From Candidatus Latescibacterota bacterium (GTDB lineage: Bacteria; Latescibacterota; UBA2968; GCA-2709665), in contig OZ241917.1 in assembly GCA_965203805.1 (NCBI GenBank), positions 32,001-96,000 of the forward strand: a DNA stretch of 64,000 bases, given 5' to 3'. The number at the start of each line of letters is the position of its first letter. Position 1 is the first letter of the stretch. The notes beneath the pieces are model-generated. The model worked only from the letters and a program-made list of their open reading frames with translations. It was not told the DNA's origin and made no database searches. Made by a program: the position numbers and the translations under genes. Shown here in pieces: positions 38,905 through 48,123 of this stretch.

Positions 38905-40590
38905 ATGGGCGAGCAAGGGATATTGCCGGATATCGAAATCGCGAGGCAGGCCGATTTGCTTCACGTCGGCGATGTCGGGAGAAAGCTGGGCGTACCCGAA
39001 GATCAACTGGAGGTCTACGGCAGGTACAAGGCCAAGGTTTCGATGGGTTTTTGCGACAGCCTGGCCGGAAATCCCACCGGTAAACTCGTGCTGGTCTCGG
39101 CGATCAATCCGACGCCCTCCGGCGAGGGCAAGACCACGACAACCGTGGGTCTGGGCGACGCGCTGAACCGGCTGGGCAAGCGCGCGGCCGTGTGTCTCAG
39201 GGAGCCCTCTCTGGGTCCCTGTTTCGGCATGAAGGGAGGCGCTGCCGGCGGCGGGGCCGCGCAGGTCGCGCCAATGGAGGACATCAACCTGCACTTTACG
39301 GGCGATATCCATGCCATCGGCGTCGCCCACAATCTGCTGGCCGCGGCAGTCGACAACCACATTCATCACCGCAACAGGCTGGATATCGATCCCCGGCGCA
39401 TCCTGTGGAAGCGCGCCCTGGATATGAACGACCGGGCGTTGCGCGATATCGTCATCGGTCTCGGGGGCACGGGGAATTCCTATCCTCGAGAATCCGGGTT
39501 TGAAATCACGGTCGCGTCCGAAGTGATGGCGATCTTCTGCCTGTCCGAGTCGCTCGACGAGCTTCGTGAGCGTCTGGGTCGAATCATAGTGGCGCGTACA
39601 CGGGCCAACGAACCGGTTACGGCGGCGGACCTCAATGTGCACGGGGCGATGGCCGTGCTGTTGAAGGACGCGCTGAAACCGAATCTGGTCCAGACGATCG
39701 AGAATAACCCGGCGATCGTCCACGGGGGTCCGTTCGCCAATATCGCGCACGGATGCAACTCGGTGATCGCGACCAAGCTGGCGATGCGTCTGGCCGAATA
39801 CACTGTGACCGAAGCCGGATTCGGCGCGGACCTCGGCGCGGAGAAATTTCTGAACATCAAATGCCGGCAGGCCGGCATCCGCCCGGACGTGGTCGTGCTC
39901 GTGGCAACCGTCCGGGGGCTGAAATACCACGGGGGGACGTCGCTCAGGAGGCTGGCGGACCCCGATCCGGCCGCCGTGGAGAAAGGACTTGTAAATCTCA
40001 GGAAGCATATTGAAAATGTCCGGCGTTTCGGTCTGCCGGCGGTCGTCGCAGTGAACCGGTTTCTAACCGACACCGCCGATGAGGTCGCATTGATCGTGGA
40101 CAGGTGCGCCGACATGGACTTGCCGATCGTTCCTTCGGAACACTGGGCCGCAGGGGGGGCCGGCGCCGAAGCGCTTGCCCGAACGGTCGTCGAAGCCGCG
40201 GAAACGGGGCCTGCCGATTTCAACCTTCTGTATCCCGACAGTCTGCGGTTGTGGGACAAGGCCAGGATTGTGGCCCGGGAAATCTACGGCGCCGACGATA
40301 TCATGGGGGACAAACGCCTGAGAGCCCGGTTCGGAAAGCTCGAGGAAGCGGGGTACGGAAGGTTTCCGGTTTGTATGGCCAAGACCCAGTATTCGCTCTC
40401 GACCGATCCGGGACTGAAGGGCAGACCGAGAGGTTTCGACGTGCCCATCCGCGACGTGAGGGTGTCTGCCGGGGCCGGTTTCGTGGTGGTGTACACCGGC
40501 GATGTCATGACAATGCCGGGGCTGCCCCGCAAACCCTCTGCCGAGGCCATCGACTACGATGAAGCCGGACAGACCGTGGGTCTGTTCTGA
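38905..40590 (+). CDS. fhs: formate--tetrahydrofolate ligase
   Basis: [54 protein letters not shown]. Confidence 0.97.
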   Translation: MGEQGILPDIEIARQADLLHVGDVGRKLGVPEDQLEVYGRYKAKVSMGFCDSLAGNPTGKLVLVSAINPTPSGEGKTTTTVGLGDALNRLGKRAAVCLREPSLGPCFGMKGGAAGGGAAQVAPMEDINLHFTGDIHAIGVAHNLLAAAVDNHIHHRNRLDIDPRRILWKRALDMNDRALRDIVIGLGGTGNSYPRESGFEITVASEVMAIFCLSESLDELRERLGRIIVARTRANEPVTAADLNVHGAMAVLLKDALKPNLVQTIENNPAIVHGGPFANIAHGCNSVIATKLAMRLAEYTVTEAGFGADLGAEKFLNIKCRQAGIRPDVVVLVATVRGLKYHGGTSLRRLADPDPAAVEKGLVNLRKHIENVRRFGLPAVVAVNRFLTDTADEVALIVDRCADMDLPIVPSEHWAAGGAGAEALARTVVEAAETGPADFNLLYPDSLRLWDKARIVAREIYGADDIMGDKRLRARFGKLEEAGYGRFPVCMAKTQYSLSTDPGLKGRPRGFDVPIRDVRVSAGAGFVVVYTGDVMTMPGLPRKPSAEAIDYDEAGQTVGLF

Positions 40591-40728
40591 CGGCACGAGC
40601 CGCCACCGATGGTGTCCGCCGTCTCCGGGGAGCGCGACATCTTCGAAACCAGGCATCCGGACGCTTCGCTTCAGCTTCCGAATGAGACGAATGGTTTCAA
40701 CATACTCACCAGTGTAAGGAGGTGGCAG

Positions 40729-40959
40729 ATGAGAACGGGTCAGATAGACACGTGGACGGGAAATCCGGCTGACGTCGGTCCGATGTACCCCTTTGTCGGG
40801 TACGAGGTTCCTCTATTCGTGGTTTGTGTTGTCCTGTGGCTCGCGTACACGGTCTGGCAGATGAAACACGAGAACGCGGTTTACCGGGAGGAACTGGATC
40901 AGTGCGCCAGCGCCGGCTCTTCGGCATCGGCAACAGAAGGCGAGAGCAAGGATTCCTAA
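40729..40959 (+). CDS. small single-TM membrane protein (76 aa)
   Basis: SD TAAGGAGGT; W.G....VGPMYPFVG.E followed by a hydrophobic helix. Confidence 0.75.
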   Translation: MRTGQIDTWTGNPADVGPMYPFVGYEVPLFVVCVVLWLAYTVWQMKHENAVYREELDQCASAGSSASATEGESKDS

Positions 40960-40986
40960 CGTTGATTTTCCTGGGGAGATCTGACG

Positions 40987-42321
40987 ATGACGCTGGACCA
41001 GGTTAAAGATTTCGTAGAGAAAAATGGAATAGACTTCTTTCTGTGCTCGTTTGTGGAGATGAGCGGGATGCCCAAGGCCAAGGTGGTGCCGGTCACGCAC
41101 CTGGACGACATGGCCTCGGAAGGCGCGGGGTTCGCGGGGTTCGCGGCGGGCAATATGGGACAGGGGCCGCACGATTCCGATATGATGAACATACCGGATT
41201 TCAGTTCGATGACCGTGTTGCCATGGCGCAAGAACACGGCGTGGGTGGCGGGTAACATCCAGGTCGAAGGGGAACCGTTCGGCTACTGTCCCCGGACGAT
41301 TATGCAGCGCCAGCTCGAGAAGGCCGAGGCAAGGGGTTATCGGTTGAATCTGGGCGTGGAAGCGGAGTTCATCCTCCTGAAGAAGGACGATCAGGGCCAA
41401 TATACGCTGGCCGACCCGATGGACACGCTGGAAAAGCCCTGTTATGATCTCGTCACGCTGCATCGCAATCTGGATGTGATGACCACGCTCATCGGGTATA
41501 TGCAGGAGCTGGGATGGGAACCCTATGCCAACGACCACGAAGACGCCAATTGCCAGTTCGAGATAAACTGGACCTATTCCGACGCGCTCACGACCGCGGA
41601 CCGGCAGACCTTTTTCAGGTGGATGGTGAAAGTGAACGCGGAGCGTCACGGATACCACGCGACCTTCATGCCGAAACCGTTTTCTCATCTCACCGGCAGC
41701 GGGGCGCATTATCACATGAGCCTGTGGGACCCGGAGAACAGGATCAATCTATTCCTCGACGAGGCAGACGAAAACGGGCTGTCGAAGGAAGCTTACTGGT
41801 TCATGGCGGGCATCCTCAACCACGCCAAGGCGATTTCGGCCGTTTCCGCGCCGCTGGTGAACAGCTATAAGCGACTCACGAGGGGCGCGCCTCGCTCAGG
41901 GGCCTCCTGGGCGCCGATCTGTATCACGTACGGTGGATCGAACCGGACGCAGATGGTTCGCATCCCGGACGCGGGGCGTATCGAGAATCGGGCGATCGAC
42001 GGGGCGGCCAATCCCTATCTGACGACCGCGGCGATGCTGGCGGCGGGGCTCGACGGCATCGAAAACCGCATGGATCCGGGCGAACGCAACGAGGGCAACC
42101 TCTACGAGGTGTCCGAGAGCGAATTGAAAGCGCGGGGCGTCGACCTGCTGCCGGGGACCCTGGCCGAGGCGGCCGATCACCTGGCGTCCGACGACGTGAT
42201 CCGGGAAGCGCTCGGAACGGAATATGCCGACTACTACGTGCAGGTGAAACGCGAAGAGTGGGCGGAGTACCATCTGCACGTCGACCAGTGGGAGCGGGAA
42301 CGCTATCTGCCGGTGTATTAA
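40987..42321 (+). CDS. gmaS: gamma-glutamylmethylamide synthetase / type III glutamine synthetase
   Basis: KAK.VP, GAGFAGFA, NDHEDAN.QFE.N, TFMPKPF, NRT.M.RIP..GR.E.R..DG..NPY; context with mgsC and tdm. Confidence 0.85.
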   Translation: MTLDQVKDFVEKNGIDFFLCSFVEMSGMPKAKVVPVTHLDDMASEGAGFAGFAAGNMGQGPHDSDMMNIPDFSSMTVLPWRKNTAWVAGNIQVEGEPFGYCPRTIMQRQLEKAEARGYRLNLGVEAEFILLKKDDQGQYTLADPMDTLEKPCYDLVTLHRNLDVMTTLIGYMQELGWEPYANDHEDANCQFEINWTYSDALTTADRQTFFRWMVKVNAERHGYHATFMPKPFSHLTGSGAHYHMSLWDPENRINLFLDEADENGLSKEAYWFMAGILNHAKAISAVSAPLVNSYKRLTRGAPRSGASWAPICITYGGSNRTQMVRIPDAGRIENRAIDGAANPYLTTAAMLAAGLDGIENRMDPGERNEGNLYEVSESELKARGVDLLPGTLAEAADHLASDDVIREALGTEYADYYVQVKREEWAEYHLHVDQWERERYLPVY

Positions 42322-42348
42322 AGCTGGTTGACGTCGCGAGGTCTGCCT

Positions 42349-43692
42349 ATGGAGAGTGCAGTTGAACGGACGGTTCGGGAAGCGCCGCGGGGCATTGGAG
42401 GATTGCTCCGAAATATCGGTCCGGGCGTAGTTGTGTCCGGATCGGTGGTCGGGTCCGGCGAGTTGCTCGTTACGACGCGCATGGGCGCCGAGGTGGGCTT
42501 CGTGTTTCTCTGGGGGGTGATCCTGGCCTGTCTGGTCAAGTTCTTCATCCAGCTTGAACTCGGGCGCCAGTGCGTTCTGCACAACAGTACGACGATACAG
42601 GTACTGGATCGTGTGCCCGGAATGCGGCTGGCGAATACCTCGTGGGCGGCATGGTTGTGCGTGCTGGGATACTTCTCGGTAATGATCGCCGTGATCGGCA
42701 TCCTGGGGTCGGTGGCCGGACTGATGGTGACCCTCCTTCCCGGCGTCCCGTACAACGTCTGGGCCGTTCTGGTATTCGCGGCCATCTCGATTCTGCTGTA
42801 CCGGGGTCTGTACGCCGACCTGGAGCGCATGATCACCGTACTGGTTGCGGGCTTCAGTCTGGTTGTTATCGGGTCCGTCGTGGCGATGCAGGCAACGCCC
42901 TACGCCGTGGGCGGCGACGAGATATTGTCAGGGTTTCGCTTCGCCTTGCCGGCGGACGGGGCATTTGTGGCCATGGCTGTGATGGGGTCGGTGGGCGCGA
43001 CGGCGGTGGAGTTGTTTATGTATCCTTACTGGGTGAGGGAAAAAGGGTATGCGGATTTCGTCGGACCTCGTGAGGATACACCTGAATGGCGGGCGCGCTA
43101 TCGGGGCTGGATGCGGGTGCTGAAAACCGACGCGCTGGTCTGCACGGGAATCGCATTGGTGATTACCTGCGCCTACTATCTGCTGGGCGCTGCGATACTC
43201 AAGAAACTGAACGTGGTTCCCCAGGGCATGGAGGTCGTCGAGCAGGTATCGCTGATTTTTACACGAAGCATCGGACCGTGGACCAAGAACGTGTTCATGT
43301 TCGGCGCGTTCTGCACGCTGTTTTCCACGCTGCTCGTCTTTACCGCCAGTTCGGGACGCATCAGCGTGGACTTTCTGAGGCGGACGGGCGTCGCCAGTCT
43401 CGATCACGAGGACGGCCGGCTTCGGCTGCTGAGGGCGTTGCAGATCGCCTTTCCGTTTCTGTGGCTCTGTGTGACCATTGCAACCCCGAATACGCCCCTG
43501 GCCCTGGTGCTGATCGGGGCCAATGCCAATAACCTGCTGCTGATTCCGATGGCCTACGGCGTGGTGCACCTGGCGATGCGCGCCGCGGACCCGGAACGGA
43601 TGTCCGTCTGGACGGAACTTGGATTGCTGCTGACGATCTGGGCGATCATCAACTTTACCGCGATCAATCTGTATCTGAACTGGACGCGTTAG
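42349..43692 (+). CDS. NRAMP-like (APC superfamily) secondary transporter
   Basis: IGPG.V..GS.VGSGEL..TT..GA..GF, many TM helices, YPYW..EKG. Confidence 0.8.
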   Translation: MESAVERTVREAPRGIGGLLRNIGPGVVVSGSVVGSGELLVTTRMGAEVGFVFLWGVILACLVKFFIQLELGRQCVLHNSTTIQVLDRVPGMRLANTSWAAWLCVLGYFSVMIAVIGILGSVAGLMVTLLPGVPYNVWAVLVFAAISILLYRGLYADLERMITVLVAGFSLVVIGSVVAMQATPYAVGGDEILSGFRFALPADGAFVAMAVMGSVGATAVELFMYPYWVREKGYADFVGPREDTPEWRARYRGWMRVLKTDALVCTGIALVITCAYYLLGAAILKKLNVVPQGMEVVEQVSLIFTRSIGPWTKNVFMFGAFCTLFSTLLVFTASSGRISVDFLRRTGVASLDHEDGRLRLLRALQIAFPFLWLCVTIATPNTPLALVLIGANANNLLLIPMAYGVVHLAMRAADPERMSVWTELGLLLTIWAIINFTAINLYLNWTR

Positions 43693-43715
43693 GCATCTGG
43701 AAAGACGCGGAATCC

Positions 43716-43748
43716 AGAAGGGCGGCCGGTAGCGGCCGCCCTTTTTCT
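43716..43748. terminator. intrinsic terminator between convergent genes
   Basis: AGAAGGGCGGCCG-GTAG-CGGCCGCCCTTTTTCT. Confidence 0.8.
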
Positions 43749-43791
43749 GATCGACACGTGCAGAGTCCCGGCGTGGGAGCCGTGGCAACGG

Positions 43792-46143
43792 TCAATCCGA
43801 CGTCTCCACCCAGATGGGTGTGCTCCATCCCTTCGCGCCCATGGCGTGCGCGACGTTGCCGGGGTATTGGGGGACGGGTTCGGGCGACATGACTTCGAGG
43901 TGGTAGTAGTGCCTTCCGGGACGGTACCGGCGCAACTGGAATTCCTTTCGCTCCCCCTGGGTATGGCCGATGAACCTGTCGTCGTGCATCAGACGTCCGT
44001 CCCGGTGGATGCGCAGGATGTATTCACATCCGGCCTCTCCCACGACGCGCCATTTCAGCACCGGATCGTCCCTCACGAGCAGCGAACTGCCCATCATCCG
44101 GTCGTTGATCGTGAATTCGATCAGGATCTGCTGGCCGGCCGTCGCGTAACAACGCCTGGCCCTGATCGCGTCGAGGAAGGCGGCCCGGTCCAGCCGATCG
44201 GCCCAGATGCCGGTGAGCGCGCCGCTCAGGCCCGGGTTGCGGTGGTGGCTGTCGCCGCTGCCGGTGAAGGCGAATTTTCGGCCCGCGTCAAGGTATTTGA
44301 AATAGACGTCGTACAGGTCGATGTTGATCATCCAGCCGGCGCATACGTCGACGCCCCATTCCACGTCCGTGTCGTAAAGATTCCATTTCCCGTTGTGGGG
44401 ATGGGGGAGCGGCAGGTAGCCCTTTTCCTTGAACCAGGCGAGGCACTCCCGGGTGTCCTTGTGGGTATGCCGCTCGCCCTTCGTGTGAGCGTCCTTGTAC
44501 TTGAAGTGCAGCAGGTCCATCTCCATGTCGTCGTCGTCCGACATCACCGACCGGTGGTCCCGCCCGGAGTCCACCCGGTCGGTGATGGTCATTTCGTAGC
44601 CCGGAAACATGGCGAATTGCCCTAGATCATTCAGGACCATGGCGTTGCCCTTCACGTAGTCCCACTCATAGTCCTTCAGGTGCCGCACGTTCCGGCGCGT
44701 GGGCAGATTCCAGAAGCTGTCGTTGTCGGAGACGGTCAGCCCGTCGATCTGCGCCTTGTCGCGGGCGTAGTGACCCAATTCATCCGGCTCGCCCTCTACT
44801 TCGATGGATGCCGCCGAGTGGCAGTGCAGGTCCACCCAGAAGAGGTGGTACTTGCCGCGTTCCGCGCCGGGCAGTTGGTTGCCGGGCCGTTCCGTGCGCC
44901 GCCGCCTTTCGAACGGAAGCCGGACTTCCTTCCATTCGGTCAGGTCGATACGGCGGTTTTCAACGGGTACCACGGGGAGATCGACTGTCAGGCGCGCGTT
45001 TTCCAGATATCGCTCGTCGGTAACCATGTCTTGAGACATCAGGTGAACCCCGGTACCGACCGTGCCGTTGTGGGGAAGCTCATAGAAGACGTTTCCTTCG
45101 GCGACAGTGCGAGGATCCGACCAGACGCCGTCGACGCAGGGTTGGCCGAAGAGGCGGCCCGTGGAATTGAGCGTGCCCTGCTCGCTGTCGGCCTTGACTT
45201 CGTAGAACAGCCACACGCCGCCGGATTCCGCGCCCTTGAGGATGGGGAAAAGCCGCCTGCCCATGTGCCCCAGGTTGGGCGGTTTCGGAAACTCGGTCAG
45301 CAGCCCGTAGTGCAGCGGGGCGATCTCCGTCCCTCCTTCGGCACCGGAAACCGGCTCCCAGGACAGGCCGTCCAGCCGGGCGCACCGCAGGGAATACTTC
45401 TGCTGGAGGGTGCTGTCCCTGTACATGACGTCCACGCCGCGCACCCACGCCGCCCAGAGTGAACCTCCTGTGTCCCTGCAGAGCGTCGACCTGTTCTCCC
45501 ACCCCTCGTCGGTGCTGATCCGGACCACTTTCCGCGGGCCAGAGGGATCGACAGCGCAGCCGAATATGTCGTAGGTGCGTTCCATATAGCTGTCCCAGAC
45601 GATATAGATGCCTTCCGACCCCCATTCGACTATCCTGGGCCGGTAGTTGTAGCGTCCTCCGTTTCGAATCGTCCAGGTCGCGGTCTTGCCATCCGGTAGT
45701 GTCCTGAGGACCCGGATGCTGCCGTTTCGACTGACGGATTCCGCCCAGCTGATCCACAGAGCGCCGGTTTCGTCGAGGACGGCCTGAGGCTCCCAGACTT
45801 TCGCCGACGCAGGCAGGGTCAGGCATGTCCGGCAGGGACTGAACGAATTCCCGTCCCGCCTGCGGGTCCTGAACGCGTACTGGCGGCCGGTCTTTTCCAG
45901 CCAGACGAATACCACTTCATTCCCGTCGGGTATGCAGATGGGACGGGTCTGCATGGCGTCGTTCGTGGATATCGGCTCAATCGGACCCGCGGTCTCTCCG
46001 GCGAACTGTCGAACGAAAACCCTCGACCCCTCGGCCGCGTAAGCCGCCCAGGCCGCCCAGCAGGTGTTGCCGTCCGGCAGGGTGCACAGATTGGGTTCGT
46101 AACTGTCGTTCGAATAAACGCCCTCGGTGATCGCGATTTTCAC
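43792..46143 (-). CDS. beta-propeller + PHP-like (DUF3604/CehA-like) metallohydrolase
   Basis: WVDLHCHS, SDND, FPGYE, PHPH, GDSH, R.YAT.G, WSTPIW; start GTG 46143 after AAGGA. Confidence 0.7.
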   Translation of the reverse strand: MKIAITEGVYSNDSYEPNLCTLPDGNTCWAAWAAYAAEGSRVFVRQFAGETAGPIEPISTNDAMQTRPICIPDGNEVVFVWLEKTGRQYAFRTRRRDGNSFSPCRTCLTLPASAKVWEPQAVLDETGALWISWAESVSRNGSIRVLRTLPDGKTATWTIRNGGRYNYRPRIVEWGSEGIYIVWDSYMERTYDIFGCAVDPSGPRKVVRISTDEGWENRSTLCRDTGGSLWAAWVRGVDVMYRDSTLQQKYSLRCARLDGLSWEPVSGAEGGTEIAPLHYGLLTEFPKPPNLGHMGRRLFPILKGAESGGVWLFYEVKADSEQGTLNSTGRLFGQPCVDGVWSDPRTVAEGNVFYELPHNGTVGTGVHLMSQDMVTDERYLENARLTVDLPVVPVENRRIDLTEWKEVRLPFERRRRTERPGNQLPGAERGKYHLFWVDLHCHSAASIEVEGEPDELGHYARDKAQIDGLTVSDNDSFWNLPTRRNVRHLKDYEWDYVKGNAMVLNDLGQFAMFPGYEMTITDRVDSGRDHRSVMSDDDDMEMDLLHFKYKDAHTKGERHTHKDTRECLAWFKEKGYLPLPHPHNGKWNLYDTDVEWGVDVCAGWMINIDLYDVYFKYLDAGRKFAFTGSGDSHHRNPGLSGALTGIWADRLDRAAFLDAIRARRCYATAGQQILIEFTINDRMMGSSLLVRDDPVLKWRVVGEAGCEYILRIHRDGRLMHDDRFIGHTQGERKEFQLRRYRPGRHYYHLEVMSPEPVPQYPGNVAHAMGAKGWSTPIWVETSD

Positions 46144-46338
46144 GGTTACGGTTCCTTGTGCAGAGATGTTTTCGGGAAGAGTCAGGTGTGGGGGGAAGGG
46201 CCGGGGCCCGCGGTTCGGATGCCCGCCATGGAACGATATAGTAAGGTCCTGGCCGTCCGGGATCGAATTCGAGCTGCTAGTGTTCTGTCCCGGAAATAAG
46301 TTTCCTGAATTCGGCCGTCGAGTCGCCCGGCTCGCATC

Positions 46339-46418
46339 CTTCGACAGGCTCTGGACCCAGCGCCGGAGCGCGGGCGACCTGGCCAGGTCGGCGAGCGATG
46401 GCACTTCGACAAGCTCAG
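46339..46418. repeat. REP-like repeats
   Basis: CTTCGACAGGCTC (46339) and CTTCGACAAGCTCAG (46404) flank the perfect palindrome CGACCTGGCCAGGTCG (46375-46390). Confidence 0.55.
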
Positions 46419-46484
46419 CGCAAGCAACGTCGGCAGACGGGATGAATCGGCGGAAGAATGGTGAGGTGTTTTTGGGACAGGACA

Positions 46485-48113
46485 CTAGGTTCGTTTCCAG
46501 GGTTCTCCGGCTGCAGTCACTTCCTCCCGGATCGTGGCATCGGGTCCAAAGCGGATGTGTCGGAAGGCGAAGGGGATATGGCGTCGGCCGAACAGGGCGT
46601 GGGTAAGTCCCCATTCGAACAACGTAAAGGCGACAACTGCCGCCAGACCGACGCAGCTTGTATAACCGATCCACGCGGCGAAGCTGCCCGCGGACGGAAA
46701 AAGGGGTTGATGAAACGCGTCGGTCTGGACGACAAGCGCCGCGAAAATGGTGCAGATGACGGCGTTGAATGTAATCATGCCCTCGGTGACCAGACGCCGC
46801 GGTGTGAACTCGACGATCTTCAGGGCGAAGTTGAAGTTGACGACCCACCAAAGGAAGACCAGATAGAGGAGCTGGCCAGTTCCCGTCCAGGTGTCCGGAA
46901 TGAATGAAATCGGCTTGGAGCGGTGTGCGTGCATCAGCCAGAACAGGGCGATACCGATGGCAATGTATACCAGTTCAAGCCAGCCGATCCACCCCTTCGA
47001 CCGCACGAACCAGCCTGCAACCGGCAGGCCGTAGGGCCTCTTCGGCAGCGACGCCACCTTGTCCACCCAGTTCAACGGCGCCTTTCTGTGATTGAGATAG
47101 GTGAGTCCCACCAGGACGAATCCCGTCGCGAACATCCCGGTCCACGCGGGCGGCGGGCCGGCATTCGAGCCGGCGGGCGCGACGGTCGATAACAGCCCCA
47201 TGCAGACGGCGATGGCAATGCCGAACAAAAGCCCTTGGGTCTGCTCCATGACACTGTGCCAGTTGGTCTGTAAACCGGTGCGGATGTTCAGCAGTTTCAG
47301 GAACTGGCCCAGCCCGAAGCCGATGCCGCCGATGAATCCCGTGATCAGTCCTGCAAACGCCAGTCCGTAGAGGTCGTACCGCCAGCAGTAGATCAGCAGA
47401 CCGGCGGCAAGGCCGACACACCCGGCCCAGTTGTCGCCCCGGGGCGGGGTCATCCGGAGCTTGAGGACGACGACAAGCACCAGGAAGGACACGAACCACC
47501 CGATGGTCAGGTGGAGCACAAGCGACGTCGCGATATCGAAGCCGCCGCGGAAGAGAGACACGATGATGCCGGCGGCCATCGCCACCAGGTTCGCAAGCCA
47601 GTCGGTATCGTACCAGGAAAGAGCGGCTCTGCCTGATTTGCCGGCACCCGAAAAAAGCAGGTCGACCAGGACCGACTGAAGCGCCCACCCCGCAAAAATC
47701 GCGGCCAGTGGGGCAAAGAAGAGGGCAAGTCGGTCTCCGGTGAAGAATACGGGAAGCGCGGTTCCCGCCCCGCCCAAAAACGCCCACAGGAAGCCGATGA
47801 CGAAGAGGTTGGCGAATCCGTACAGGACGGAAGGCGGGTGGCCCGAGTGCGTGTATCCAACCACGCCCATATACGACATGCTTCCACCGAAAGACCAGCC
47901 GAGCGCGCCGAACATGGCGAAGTAGTGAACGTGCGCAAGCCAGTCGGAACGGCCGGATACCAGAACGGCCGCCATGGCTGCAAGCGCACCCGGTATGGCC
48001 GCTCCGTATTCGTGGCCGAAGTTACCGCGAATGCCCCATCCCACGGATAGGGAAAGGCCGCAGAAGGCCATGAGTTGCCAGGTGATGCCGCTCGCCGCCA
48101 GATACAGGTCCAT
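46485..48113 (-). CDS. polytopic membrane protein of unknown function
   Basis: Many TM segments; GWGIRG.FGHE.GA, GGSMSY, NWHSVME motifs. Confidence 0.8.
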   Translation of the reverse strand: MDLYLAASGITWQLMAFCGLSLSVGWGIRGNFGHEYGAAIPGALAAMAAVLVSGRSDWLAHVHYFAMFGALGWSFGGSMSYMGVVGYTHSGHPPSVLYGFANLFVIGFLWAFLGGAGTALPVFFTGDRLALFFAPLAAIFAGWALQSVLVDLLFSGAGKSGRAALSWYDTDWLANLVAMAAGIIVSLFRGGFDIATSLVLHLTIGWFVSFLVLVVVLKLRMTPPRGDNWAGCVGLAAGLLIYCWRYDLYGLAFAGLITGFIGGIGFGLGQFLKLLNIRTGLQTNWHSVMEQTQGLLFGIAIAVCMGLLSTVAPAGSNAGPPPAWTGMFATGFVLVGLTYLNHRKAPLNWVDKVASLPKRPYGLPVAGWFVRSKGWIGWLELVYIAIGIALFWLMHAHRSKPISFIPDTWTGTGQLLYLVFLWWVVNFNFALKIVEFTPRRLVTEGMITFNAVICTIFAALVVQTDAFHQPLFPSAGSFAAWIGYTSCVGLAAVVAFTLFEWGLTHALFGRRHIPFAFRHIRFGPDATIREEVTAAGEPWKRT

Positions 48114-48123
48114 TACGTTGATC

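Noticed and set aside
37486-40008. 840-aa antisense ORF (and similar ones at 31157-33070, 3799-5181, 17459-19060, 60064-61563)
   Set aside because: Shadow ORFs opposite well-supported genes; expected in high-GC DNA; no recognisable motifs.
46144-46851. N-terminal extension of the 1019-aa ORF 43792-46851
   Set aside because: Overlaps the membrane-protein gene and crosses REP-like repeats; the more plausible start is GTG 46143 with an SD.
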